A program made the translations under genes and the position numbers. From positions 1,894,401-1,918,400 of the forward strand of contig OY821645.1 of the NCBI GenBank assembly GCA_963682135.1: 24,000 nt of DNA. The letters are read 5' to 3'. The notes beneath the pieces are model-generated. The model was not told the origin of the DNA. It searched no databases and saw only the letters and a list, made by a program, of their open reading frames with translations. Positions 15,912 through 23,852 of the stretch are shown here, one piece after another (the stretch's first letter is position 1; every line of letters begins with the position of its first letter). The DNA is from Methanothrix sp. (lineage in GTDB: Archaea > Halobacteriota > Methanosarcinia > Methanotrichales > Methanotrichaceae).

Positions 15912-17453
15912 ATGAAATCTTTTATTCGAACCAAAAAGATAAATGGCCTGGAATACATATATGAAATTACACCTTATTACGATAAGGAAAAGAAGCAAAT
16001 TCGGCAGAAAAGCAAATACTTGGGAAAGAATGTCAATGGAGTTCCCGTGAAGGTTCGCGCCAAAGACCAAATCCCCAAGAAAGTGCTATCGCATGGCGAA
16101 TTCGTTCCACTCAAGAAGATCACAGAGGACCTTAAGCTAGAAAAGATCCTCTCTGATGTTCTTCCTGGTAAAGAAGTCCGGCCGATTTTGACACTGGCAA
16201 TGAACTATGCCACACACCCCCGAGCACTAACCCATATCCAGAGCTGGTATGAAGGTACGGTCATGTCTGAAGACCATCCGAATCTTCCCTTATCATCACA
16301 GAGCCTTTCACGAATGCTAAGCAGTATCGGTGAAGGTACTGTGAATCTGGAATTCTCTCGCAAACTCATTGAGCAAGTATCCACAGCCAGCACGCTAGTC
16401 TACGATATAACCTCCTTTTCGTCTTACTCTCAGAGCATCAGCCTCCTTGAATACGGCTATAATCGAGATGGCCTCGACCTGCCTCAAATCAATCTGTCTC
16501 TAGTCGTGGACAAAGATCTGGGCATACCGTTGATGTATGATCTCTACCCAGGAAGCATCGCAGATGTATCTACGCTTAAGAATACTATCAAGAAAATGAA
16601 TGCACAGGGCGTCAGAAATTATACTCTGATCATGGATAGAGGCTTCTTTTCAACCGACAATATCGAGGAGATGATATCTGCAGATCTGTCGTTCATTATT
16701 CCGCCAACGAGTAATCTCAAGAACGTCAAAGAAGCGATATCTGCTATCCACAAAAGCATTGACGATCCAGAGCATCTAAAACTCTATGAAAAAGAGCCGC
16801 TGTTTGTGATGCCTGTAGAGATCGATGTTGGTGAAAACAAGCTGAACGGATATGCATATTACGATCAGAAAAGAGAGCAGCAGGAAAGAAATACGTTTTA
16901 TAAGCGACTCTACGATTTGATGGAAGTGCTCAAGTCCAAGAACCTGAAACCCTGGATGAATCCTGGAGAAGTTTTCAGGGCGACTGCGAAAAGAGATGCC
17001 AAGTTTATAGAATGGAAAGCAATAGACGGTAAGTTTCAGGTATCACTTAGAAAAAATGCGGTCTCCCAGGCTATTAATAAAATGGGAAAGTTTATCTTGC
17101 TTTATCGAGGCGAGTTCACGTGGGTGGAATGTCTTGCGCTTTATAGAAGCAAGGATATCGTTGAAAAGGGATTCGATGTTCTGAAGAACGACATCGATTT
17201 GATGCCCGCGAACCTGAGGACCAACAGTAGTCTAAGGGGCTACCTATTCATTTCATTCCTTGCTCTGATCTTGAGGATGAAGCTCATGCGAATGATGATC
17301 GATGCCGAGCTGAATAAAAGATACTCGGTTGAGGGATTGTTCACTGAACTCGAAAAAATCAAGATCATGGTCTTGCCGGATGGAGAAAGAATCACGACCG
17401 AGATCACTAAGAAACAGCGTCAAATTCTGGATGCCATTCATATGTGTGCCTAA
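15912..17453 (+). CDS. IS1634-family (IS4 superfamily) DDE transposase
   Basis: The N-terminus MKSFIRTKKINGLEYIYEI..KKQIRQKSKYLGK is typical of IS1634-type transposases. Candidate DDE residues are in LVYDITSF, LIMDRGFFS and DIVEKGF. YRSKDIVEKGFDVLK fits the IS4 Y-2-(R/K)-3-E-6-K signature. The track start at 15897 is a GTG; the first ATG is at 15912. Confidence 0.9.
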   Translation: MKSFIRTKKINGLEYIYEITPYYDKEKKQIRQKSKYLGKNVNGVPVKVRAKDQIPKKVLSHGEFVPLKKITEDLKLEKILSDVLPGKEVRPILTLAMNYATHPRALTHIQSWYEGTVMSEDHPNLPLSSQSLSRMLSSIGEGTVNLEFSRKLIEQVSTASTLVYDITSFSSYSQSISLLEYGYNRDGLDLPQINLSLVVDKDLGIPLMYDLYPGSIADVSTLKNTIKKMNAQGVRNYTLIMDRGFFSTDNIEEMISADLSFIIPPTSNLKNVKEAISAIHKSIDDPEHLKLYEKEPLFVMPVEIDVGENKLNGYAYYDQKREQQERNTFYKRLYDLMEVLKSKNLKPWMNPGEVFRATAKRDAKFIEWKAIDGKFQVSLRKNAVSQAINKMGKFILLYRGEFTWVECLALYRSKDIVEKGFDVLKNDIDLMPANLRTNSSLRGYLFISFLALILRMKLMRMMIDAELNKRYSVEGLFTELEKIKIMVLPDGERITTEITKKQRQILDAIHMCA

Positions 17454-17470
17454 AAAATGGGGAGGTCAGG
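17447..17470. repeat. Right terminal inverted repeat TGCCTAAAAAATGGGGAGGTCAGG
   Basis: Partner of 15823-15846. It overlaps the transposase stop codon (TAA 17451-17453). Confidence 0.6.
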
Positions 17471-17584
17471 CAAAAAATCACCCATCATATTCGCAGTCCA
17501 GAAAGCCATATACCTGGCGGACCCACATAACCTCCAGCAAAACTTTATATCTTAATTCAGTCTAAATATATATGGTGTGTTAAG

Positions 17585-19357
17585 ATGATTCTCCAATTCC
17601 CAAAACATCTCTTCTGCATGACTATGCTGTTATTCCTATTATCATCCTCGTTGCCGGACTCCGGCGCCGGCGCTCCCTCCCCGGATGCTGCGGGCCTCTC
17701 CCTGAGCGGCACCGCTTTCCAGGATGCCAATGGCGACGGCTTCTTCTCGCCGGGCGAGAAGTCTGTCGCGAATGCTACTATCAGCCTAACCCTGGAAGGA
17801 AATGCTGCGTCCACAGCCACCACAAACGAATCGGGGCAGTATTCTTTCGTCAACCTCTCACCCGGCCGCTATGAACTGAAAATGGACCCCTTCTCAGGCT
17901 GGAGCCTGACTGCACCGGGATCCGGTCGCTACGAGGTGACCCTCTCTGACAGGAGCGGCTCTGGCCTGGACTGGGGCTTCTTTGCGCCGCTGGCCAGCGC
18001 CTCCTTCCCCGCCCGGGAATATCCGATTATGCATCTCACACAGGAAGAGGCAAGCCAGCGGGCCGGGCAGTACGATACTTTCGCCAAAGCCTATCTCAGC
18101 CCTGAGATCGCTAGCCGAATGGCCAGCGAGCCTGCCGCCTCCTTCAGTCTGCTCGACCGACTCAAGTACACCCCCTCGGAGCGAGATCAGGGCACTTGCG
18201 GCAGCTGCTGGGCCTGGGCGGGAACGGGTGTGATGGAACTAGATTATGCTCGCCAAAAGGGCGTTTCCGATCGTCTCTCCACGCAGTATATTGTCTCCAA
18301 CTACAACGGCGGATGCGGCAATTCCGGGGCCTGCTGCGGGGGGTGGCTGCCGGATCTGGTCGGCTTTTACCAGGATAAAGGCATAATGGTTCCCTGGTCC
18401 AACAGCAATGCTCATTATCGAGGTGGAGAACAGGGCTGCGGCGCATGCTCGATTGTATCCGCATCCACCATATCAACCGAGCCTCATTATGATCTGTCGG
18501 CCATCTCCGTTAATACCATTCCCACTCAAAAATTGACCAACGAAGAGGCTATCTCCAACATTAAGAATGTCTTGCTGCAGGGCAAAGGCATCTGGTTTGC
18601 CTACTATCTGCCGGATAAGAGTGCCTGGGACAATTTCTTTAGATTCTGGGGCAGCGAGCCGGAGAGCGCCGTTTGGCAGCCGGACAGTGCCTGCGGCAGA
18701 CCATTTGACTATAAGAACGGAGGCGGGCATGCCGTTCTCTGCGTGGGCTACGATGAATCCGATCCCAATAACCGCTACTGGATTATGCTCAATAGCTGGG
18801 GCGATACAACCGGACGACCGGCAGGCCTCTTTCGCATGAATATGGACATGAACTACGATTGCACCTACGGCGATATCGGATATGCCTTCTACTGGATGAC
18901 TCTGGACATGAGCTACCCGCAGGAAGATCTTGAGTGGTCGCAAGCTTTTCCAGACGCCATGGCAAGCCCCAATCAGCAGCCTGTAAAGCCTGACAAGCCT
19001 CAAGGCAGCAGAACCGGTACTCTGCAGAAACCTTACAGCTTTGCCGCCTCAGCGATCGATCCGGATGGCGACGATCTTCAGATTACCTTCGATTGGGGTG
19101 ACGGCAGCACCTCGCAGACCGAGATGGTAAAATCGGGAACACTGGTGCAAATGCCGCATAGCTGGAGCCGGGCAGGAACCTACCAGGTCCGGGTCATGGC
19201 AAAGGACGAAAATGATGCAGAATCACTCTGGTCCGCCGGCAAAGCGGTGAAGATCTATGCAGTGCCCGCTCGCACCAAGGAACGGCCCGCTCCCAGGATA
19301 AAAACAGAAAAAGCAGGACAGGGCAAGGAAACCTGTCCCTGTTCAAAGAAGTCGTGA
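17585..19357 (+). CDS. Secreted papain-like cysteine peptidase (C1 family) with an N-terminal SdrD-B/CNA-B-like domain and a C-terminal PKD domain
   Basis: Signal peptide MTMLLFLLSSSLPDSGAGA. GTAFQDANGDGFFSPGEKSVANATISL..ESGQYSFVNLSPGRYEL (SdrD B-like). The catalytic motifs are DQGTCGSCWAWAG (Cys codon 18206-18208), GGGHAVLCVGYD (His 18728-18730) and IMLNSWG (Asn 18791-18793). DPDGDDLQITFDWGDGS..HSWSRAGTYQVRVMAKD (PKD). Confidence 0.9.
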   Translation: MILQFPKHLFCMTMLLFLLSSSLPDSGAGAPSPDAAGLSLSGTAFQDANGDGFFSPGEKSVANATISLTLEGNAASTATTNESGQYSFVNLSPGRYELKMDPFSGWSLTAPGSGRYEVTLSDRSGSGLDWGFFAPLASASFPAREYPIMHLTQEEASQRAGQYDTFAKAYLSPEIASRMASEPAASFSLLDRLKYTPSERDQGTCGSCWAWAGTGVMELDYARQKGVSDRLSTQYIVSNYNGGCGNSGACCGGWLPDLVGFYQDKGIMVPWSNSNAHYRGGEQGCGACSIVSASTISTEPHYDLSAISVNTIPTQKLTNEEAISNIKNVLLQGKGIWFAYYLPDKSAWDNFFRFWGSEPESAVWQPDSACGRPFDYKNGGGHAVLCVGYDESDPNNRYWIMLNSWGDTTGRPAGLFRMNMDMNYDCTYGDIGYAFYWMTLDMSYPQEDLEWSQAFPDAMASPNQQPVKPDKPQGSRTGTLQKPYSFAASAIDPDGDDLQITFDWGDGSTSQTEMVKSGTLVQMPHSWSRAGTYQVRVMAKDENDAESLWSAGKAVKIYAVPARTKERPAPRIKTEKAGQGKETCPCSKKS

Positions 19358-19370
19358 GACTGTAAGAAAT

Positions 19371-20615
19371 TTAGGAAGGAGGACAAGCGTTTTTTCCCAG
19401 ATTCGCTACCATCGCCTCAGCCCTTCTTCCCACCTCGGATGGGTCCAGAGGAACACGGGCCACGCCCGTTTCTATGGCGGCGCGAGCTACGGCTGCAGCC
19501 ACGGCGGGGACTACCCTTCGGTCCAATGGCGAGGGAATGATGCATACCTCGGACACGTTCTCAACCAGTCCGGCAATGGCCTGGGAAGCTGCGACCTTCA
19601 TAGCTTCATTGATGTCCGATGCCCGCACATCCAGAGTCCCGCGAAAGATCCCCGGGAAGCCCAGCACATTATTGACCTGATTGGGGAAATCGGATCGACC
19701 GGTGGCCACCACCCGCGCTCCCGCCTGCAAAGCCAGGTCGGGCATGATCTCAGGCACGGGATTGGCCATGGCAAAGACAATTGCGCCAGCTGCCATGCTC
19801 TTTACCATTTCAGGAGTCACAATGCCAGCCACAGACAGGCCCAGGAAGACGTCAGCACCCCTAATTGCATCGGCCAGGCTCCCTGTAACATTGCGGGGAT
19901 TGGTCATGCGGGCGATCTCCTGCTTGGCAGGGTTGAGGTCGGACCTGCCCTGGTGGATCACACCCCGGCTATCACAGAGTATGGCATCCTTTACCCCGAA
20001 GCTGTAGAGAAATTTGGTGACGGCGATGCCGGCAGCGCCAGCTCCGCTCACGGCGACCTTGACCTGTTCAAAGGTCTTGCCAACTACCTTGAGAGCATTG
20101 ATGAGAGCTGCCAGGGCAACCACGGCGGTGCCATGCTGATCATCGTGAAATACCGGTATCGACAGGATCTTCTTGAGACGCCCCTCAACCTCAAAGCAGC
20201 GTGGCGCACTTATGTCCTCCAGGTTGATTCCGCCAAAGACGCCCTCTATTTTGGCAACGGTCTCCACAATCACCGATGGGTCCTTGCTGCTTATCGCTAT
20301 GGGAAAAGCATCTATGCCCGCGAAGTTCTTGAACAGAATGGCTTTTCCTTCCATGACCGGTATGGATGCCAGCGGCCCAATATCACCCAGGCCCAGGACA
20401 GCAGTTCCATCTGTTACCACGGCTACAAGATTGCCCTTAGCGGTGTACTCGTAAACGTCATCTGGATTCTTTTCGATCTCGCGACAGGGTTCGGCCACGC
20501 CCGGAGTATAAGCTAATGAGAGGTCACGCACGGTTGCGCAAGGAACCTTGCTGTGGACGGCAATCTTGCCCTTGGCATCTTTATGAAATGCTAATGCATC
20601 ATCTCTTAGAGACAT
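19371..20615 (-). CDS. NAD(P)-dependent malic enzyme (small archaeal/bacterial type)
   Basis: AFHKDAKGKIAVHSKVPCATVRDLSLAYTPGVAEPC, FHDDQHGTAVV and VSGAGAAGIA are malic-enzyme motifs. The track ORF extends to 20720, but that extension overlaps the tRNA gene. ATG 20615 (MSLRDDALAFH) is preceded by GGAG. Confidence 0.9.
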   Translation of the reverse strand: MSLRDDALAFHKDAKGKIAVHSKVPCATVRDLSLAYTPGVAEPCREIEKNPDDVYEYTAKGNLVAVVTDGTAVLGLGDIGPLASIPVMEGKAILFKNFAGIDAFPIAISSKDPSVIVETVAKIEGVFGGINLEDISAPRCFEVEGRLKKILSIPVFHDDQHGTAVVALAALINALKVVGKTFEQVKVAVSGAGAAGIAVTKFLYSFGVKDAILCDSRGVIHQGRSDLNPAKQEIARMTNPRNVTGSLADAIRGADVFLGLSVAGIVTPEMVKSMAAGAIVFAMANPVPEIMPDLALQAGARVVATGRSDFPNQVNNVLGFPGIFRGTLDVRASDINEAMKVAASQAIAGLVENVSEVCIIPSPLDRRVVPAVAAAVARAAIETGVARVPLDPSEVGRRAEAMVANLGKNACPPS

Positions 20616-20664
20616 AACAACTCCTGTTTTTAGGATCCTGCGGCTAACTAGGGAGGAGCAACAG

Positions 20665-20671
20665 ATATAAA
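20665..20671 (+). promoter_or_regulatory. TATA-box-like element (ATATAAA) upstream of the tRNA gene
   Basis: Centred about 31 nt upstream of the first tRNA nucleotide (20699). This is compatible with an archaeal promoter plus a short leader. Confidence 0.35.
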
Positions 20672-20698
20672 GCATGGGTCCGACGGAGAATTGTAAGG

Positions 20699-20850
20699 GC
20701 CGGGGTGGCAGAGCGGACAATTTCAGCCGGCTTTAGGCCGACTGGAGTTCATACGCGGCAGGCTCGAGACCTGTTGTCCCTTCCTGGGACGCTTGGGTTC
20801 AAAATGATTGAGAGCGCGATAGCTCTCTCAGGAAAATCCCAACCCCGGCG
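20699..20850 (+). tRNA. tRNA-Ser(CGA), class II, interrupted by two putative non-canonical introns (20721-20752 in the D-loop; 20804-20836 in the T-loop)
   Basis: Acceptor GCCGGGG/CCCCGGC (20699-20705 / 20843-20849), discriminator G20850, U8 G9. D region GCAGAGCGGACAA + ACGCG. Anticodon stem GCAGG/CCTGT (20758-62 / 20770-74) with loop CUCGAGA (anticodon 20765-67). 18-nt variable arm with stem GTCCC/GGGAC. T stem TTGGG/CCCAA (20793-97 / 20838-42), and T-loop TTCAAAT after intron removal. The mature length would be 87 nt. Confidence 0.7.
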
Positions 20851-20901
20851 CTAATTGATTATGGAAAGTTTCATATCATAGCAGAAAAAGGCGATAAAGT
20901 T

Positions 20902-21051
20902 ATGGCTAGATTTCCAGAAGCTGAAAAGAGAATCTTGAATCTCAAGATATGCATGAGCTGCAACGCACGAAATCCTGTAAGAGCAACTCGCTGCCGCAAG
21001 TGCGGCTACAAAGGACTGAGGATGAAGTCCAAGGAAAATAAGACCGCTTAA
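20902..21051 (+). CDS. rpl40e: 50S ribosomal protein L40e
   Basis: This ORF is absent from the ORF track (49 aa). [49 protein letters not shown] has the archaeal L40e C-x2-C...C-x2-C zinc-ribbon pattern and the conserved MARFPEAE start. Confidence 0.9.
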   Translation: MARFPEAEKRILNLKICMSCNARNPVRATRCRKCGYKGLRMKSKENKTA

Positions 21052-21809
21052 TGATGCTTGAGAGAGGCAGAGTCGAGCTCTTGCTGGCTGGCGCAGTTGC
21101 CGAGCGCGGCGCCGGACATCTCACGTTGATTGATCCGGATTCTCAGAGTCCGGCCCAGGCAGGAGCTATGGCTCTGGCCGCAGCCAAAGGCGGCACGGAT
21201 GCCATCATGGTAGGCGGCTCAGTAGGTGCGGCAGGAATTCTTCTTCATGAGACCGTGCGGGAGATCAAGAAGTTGACAGACCTGCCTGTAATTCTGTTTC
21301 CCAGTAGCGTAGCCGGCCTGTGTGAAAATGCGGATGCAGTCTTCTTTATGAGCCTGTTAAACTCCCGAACCCCGGCATATATCGTGGAAAACCAGGCGCT
21401 TGGTGCACCTTTGATCATGCGTTACGGCCTTGAGCCCATACCCATGGCATATATCATAGTTGAGCCTGGTGGAACGGTGGGCTTTGTGGGCGATGCCCGC
21501 CTCATACCGCGAAGAAAGCCGGAACTGGCTGCCGCTTACGCCCTGGCAGCCAAGTACATGGGCATGAGACTGGTATACCTCGAAGCCGGGTCGGGCGCAG
21601 ACTCTCCCGTGCCTGTCGGCATGGTGGCCCTGGTCAAGAAGCTCCTGGGTGACGTCCTGTTAATAGTAGGCGGCGGGATTCGCAGCGGTCGCGCAGCAGC
21701 CGAATTGGTAGCTGCCGGGGCAGACCTGATTGTTACGGGAACCGGCGTGGAGAAGAGCCAAGATGTCGCCTCTTTTGTCTCCGAGCTGACAAAATCCATT
21801 CGCAGGTAG
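21051..21809 (+). CDS. Geranylgeranylglyceryl phosphate synthase (GGGPS, PcrB family)
   Basis: HLTLIDPD, GGTDAIMVGGS, YLEAGSGA and IVGGGIRS are GGGPS/PcrB TIM-barrel motifs. The ATG overlaps the L40e stop by 1 nt (TAATG). Confidence 0.9.
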   Translation: MMLERGRVELLLAGAVAERGAGHLTLIDPDSQSPAQAGAMALAAAKGGTDAIMVGGSVGAAGILLHETVREIKKLTDLPVILFPSSVAGLCENADAVFFMSLLNSRTPAYIVENQALGAPLIMRYGLEPIPMAYIIVEPGGTVGFVGDARLIPRRKPELAAAYALAAKYMGMRLVYLEAGSGADSPVPVGMVALVKKLLGDVLLIVGGGIRSGRAAAELVAAGADLIVTGTGVEKSQDVASFVSELTKSIRR

Positions 21810-21815
21810 TTATTC

Positions 21816-22961
21816 GTGCCTTCTCCAATCCAGATATTTCTAGATCGGCATAATCTGGACGGTTTTCTCTTTGTCGGCGACAGTATCTGTGATGCCGACA
21901 TGTATTATATCTCTCATTTTCTGGCAGGCGACAGATTCGCCGCTCTCGCCCAGGAGAAGACCACACTGCTCGTCTCTTCCATGGAGATGAAACGGGCGGA
22001 GAAGGAGTCCATAGCAGACAAATGTCTGAGCACATCACAATACCGAATTAGAGAAAAGCTGAAGAGAAGCGAAAACTGGGAAGAGGCTTATGCCTGGATG
22101 CTAGCGGATTTTTTGCGGGATCACAGCATAAAACGTCTGGGGGTGCCGTTTCGCTTTCCGGCTGGTCTATACCGACATCTGATCCAGGATTTCGAGGTCG
22201 CTGTCCAGGAGAGCCCCGCCTCAAGCTCTCGAGAGGTAAAGACGCAAGAAGAGCTAAGCGCCATTGCCGATACACAGAGGGCTTGCGAGAGAGCCATGCG
22301 CCAGGCGATTCTTTTGATCGGCAGCTGTGAACCACGTGGGGAATTGCTCTATCGCGACGATATGCCTCTTACCTCGGAAAAGGTGCGCAGTGCAATTGAT
22401 GTATCTCTGCTGGGGGATGGCTGCGAGACAATGGATACCATAGTTGCCGGCGGCCTGCAAGCGGCAGCCCCCCATGCGCGAGGAACGGGACCGTTAGCCG
22501 CCAATGCCCCCATTGTCATAGATATCTTTCCGCGCAGCAAGAGCAGCCGCTACTTTGCCGATATGACGCGCACGGTTCTCAGAGGCGAAGCCACACTGGA
22601 AGTAAAAGAGATCTATGAGGCAGTCTGTCTGGCGCAGGCCGAGGGCCTTCTAGCGGTCCGGGCGGGCGTATGCGGCAAAGAGGTTCATTCTCGGGTATCA
22701 GAGGTCTTCCGGGATCAGGGATATCCGGAGACTGAGGGCCAGGGCTTTACCCATTCCACCGGGCACGGCGTGGGCCTGGATGTGCATGAAAAACCCTCGC
22801 TCAGCGAAGTAGGTGAGACTCTAGAAGTCAACCATGTGGTAACCGTGGAACCAGGCCTTTACTATCCCGATATCGGAGGCGTGCGCATGGAGGACTTGGT
22901 AGTAGTAAAGAAAAACGGCTGCGAGAACCTCACTCATTTCGAGAAGAAGCTCGTTATTTAG
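21816..22961 (+). CDS. Xaa-Pro aminopeptidase/dipeptidase (M24B pita-bread metallopeptidase)
   Basis: Metal ligand motifs IDIFPRS..YFADMTRT, HSTGHGVGLDVHEKP, VEPGLY and GVRMEDLVVV. GTG start at 21816. Confidence 0.85.
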   Translation: MPSPIQIFLDRHNLDGFLFVGDSICDADMYYISHFLAGDRFAALAQEKTTLLVSSMEMKRAEKESIADKCLSTSQYRIREKLKRSENWEEAYAWMLADFLRDHSIKRLGVPFRFPAGLYRHLIQDFEVAVQESPASSSREVKTQEELSAIADTQRACERAMRQAILLIGSCEPRGELLYRDDMPLTSEKVRSAIDVSLLGDGCETMDTIVAGGLQAAAPHARGTGPLAANAPIVIDIFPRSKSSRYFADMTRTVLRGEATLEVKEIYEAVCLAQAEGLLAVRAGVCGKEVHSRVSEVFRDQGYPETEGQGFTHSTGHGVGLDVHEKPSLSEVGETLEVNHVVTVEPGLYYPDIGGVRMEDLVVVKKNGCENLTHFEKKLVI

Positions 22962-23852
22962 GTGTTATCAATGCAGAAGGAAATTTTAGAGAATTACAGA
23001 AAGGCAGGGCGGATCCTGGCCGAGGTGCTGGCCGAGGCAAGGCCGCGAGTAGAATTGGGCGCGTCACTGCTGGATGTGGCAAATTTCGTGGAGGATGCGA
23101 TCAGATCAAAGGGCGCAAAGCCCGCTTTTCCCTGCAACATATCTCTGGATAGAAACGCAGCTCATTACACGCCTTCGCCCCTTGATACCGCCCGTTTTAG
23201 CGAGAATATGGTCAAGCTGGATGTGGGTGTGCATGTGGACGGCTATATCGCTGATGCCGCCATCACCATTGACCTTAGCGGCCATGATAAACTGGTCGAA
23301 GCCTCTCATGTTGCTCTGCAGGCGGCTTTAGAGATAATCGAGCCCGGCACAGACACCGCCCAGATCGGCAAAGTCATAGAAGAGGCCATAACCGGTTACG
23401 GCTACAAGCCGGTATATAATTTGACAGGTCACGGTCTGTCTAGATATCTGGCCCATGACGAGCCTGCGGTGCCCAATAAAGCTATGGAAAAGGGAACCGT
23501 CTTGAAGGAAGGTGATGTTATCGCCATTGAGCCCTTTGCCACCAACGGATCGGGGAGGATCAGCGAGGCCCAGATTAATGAGATCTACGGTTTTTCCGCC
23601 ATGCGACCGGTGCGCCTTCCTGCAGCCCGTACGCTCTTAAAAGAGATTTCCGAAGAATACAAGACACTTCCCTTTGCCAGGCGCTGGCTGCAAGCCGAGA
23701 GGGCGGAATATGCGCTCATGCAGCTACTGCGCAGTGGAAGCGTGCACAGATATCCTGTGCTCTGGGAAGTAGAAGGTGCCCTGGTCTCCCAGGCCGAGCA
23801 CACCGTTGTGGTTCTCGATAATGGATGCGAGGTAATAACCAGATCGATCTAG
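22962..23852 (+). CDS. map: Methionine aminopeptidase, archaeal type 2 (M24A)
   Basis: YRKAGRILAEV, AFPCNISLDRNAAHYTP, KLDVGVHVDGYIADAA, GHGL..Y..H, IEPFAT and AEHTVVV are the type-2 MetAP pattern. The start is GTG 22962 or ATG 22971. Confidence 0.9.
   Translation: MLSMQKEILENYRKAGRILAEVLAEARPRVELGASLLDVANFVEDAIRSKGAKPAFPCNISLDRNAAHYTPSPLDTARFSENMVKLDVGVHVDGYIADAAITIDLSGHDKLVEASHVALQAALEIIEPGTDTAQIGKVIEEAITGYGYKPVYNLTGHGLSRYLAHDEPAVPNKAMEKGTVLKEGDVIAIEPFATNGSGRISEAQINEIYGFSAMRPVRLPAARTLLKEISEEYKTLPFARRWLQAERAEYALMQLLRSGSVHRYPVLWEVEGALVSQAEHTVVVLDNGCEVITRSI

Larger units (their letters stand above)
15823..17470 (+). mobile_element. IS1634/IS4-superfamily insertion sequence (~1.65 kb), apparently intact
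   Basis: A single 513-aa DDE transposase ORF bounded by imperfect 24-bp inverted repeats. CAAAAA lies immediately outside both ends (15817-15822 and 17471-17476). Confidence 0.75.

Noticed and set aside
18473-20516. Antisense ORFs of 176 aa (18473..19003) and 187 aa (19953..20516) inside the protease and malic enzyme genes.
   Set aside because: The opposite strands carry unambiguous catalytic motifs. The antisense translations are compositionally biased and unrecognisable.
20616-20720. A 35-codon N-terminal extension of the malic enzyme ORF (the track start at 20720).
   Set aside because: The extension overlaps the 5' part of the tRNA-Ser gene on the opposite strand and has no malic-enzyme similarity. 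The conserved N-terminus begins at ATG 20615, which is preceded by GGAG.
20724-20744. A hairpin CAGCCGG-CTTTAGG-CCGACTG whose 7-nt loop could be read as an anticodon loop with anticodon UUA (ochre-suppressor-like) or UAG.
   Set aside because: No D arm or acceptor pairing can be built around it. It lies inside the proposed D-loop intron. A much better anticodon arm (CGA) with the correct spacing to the variable and T arms follows at 20758-20774.
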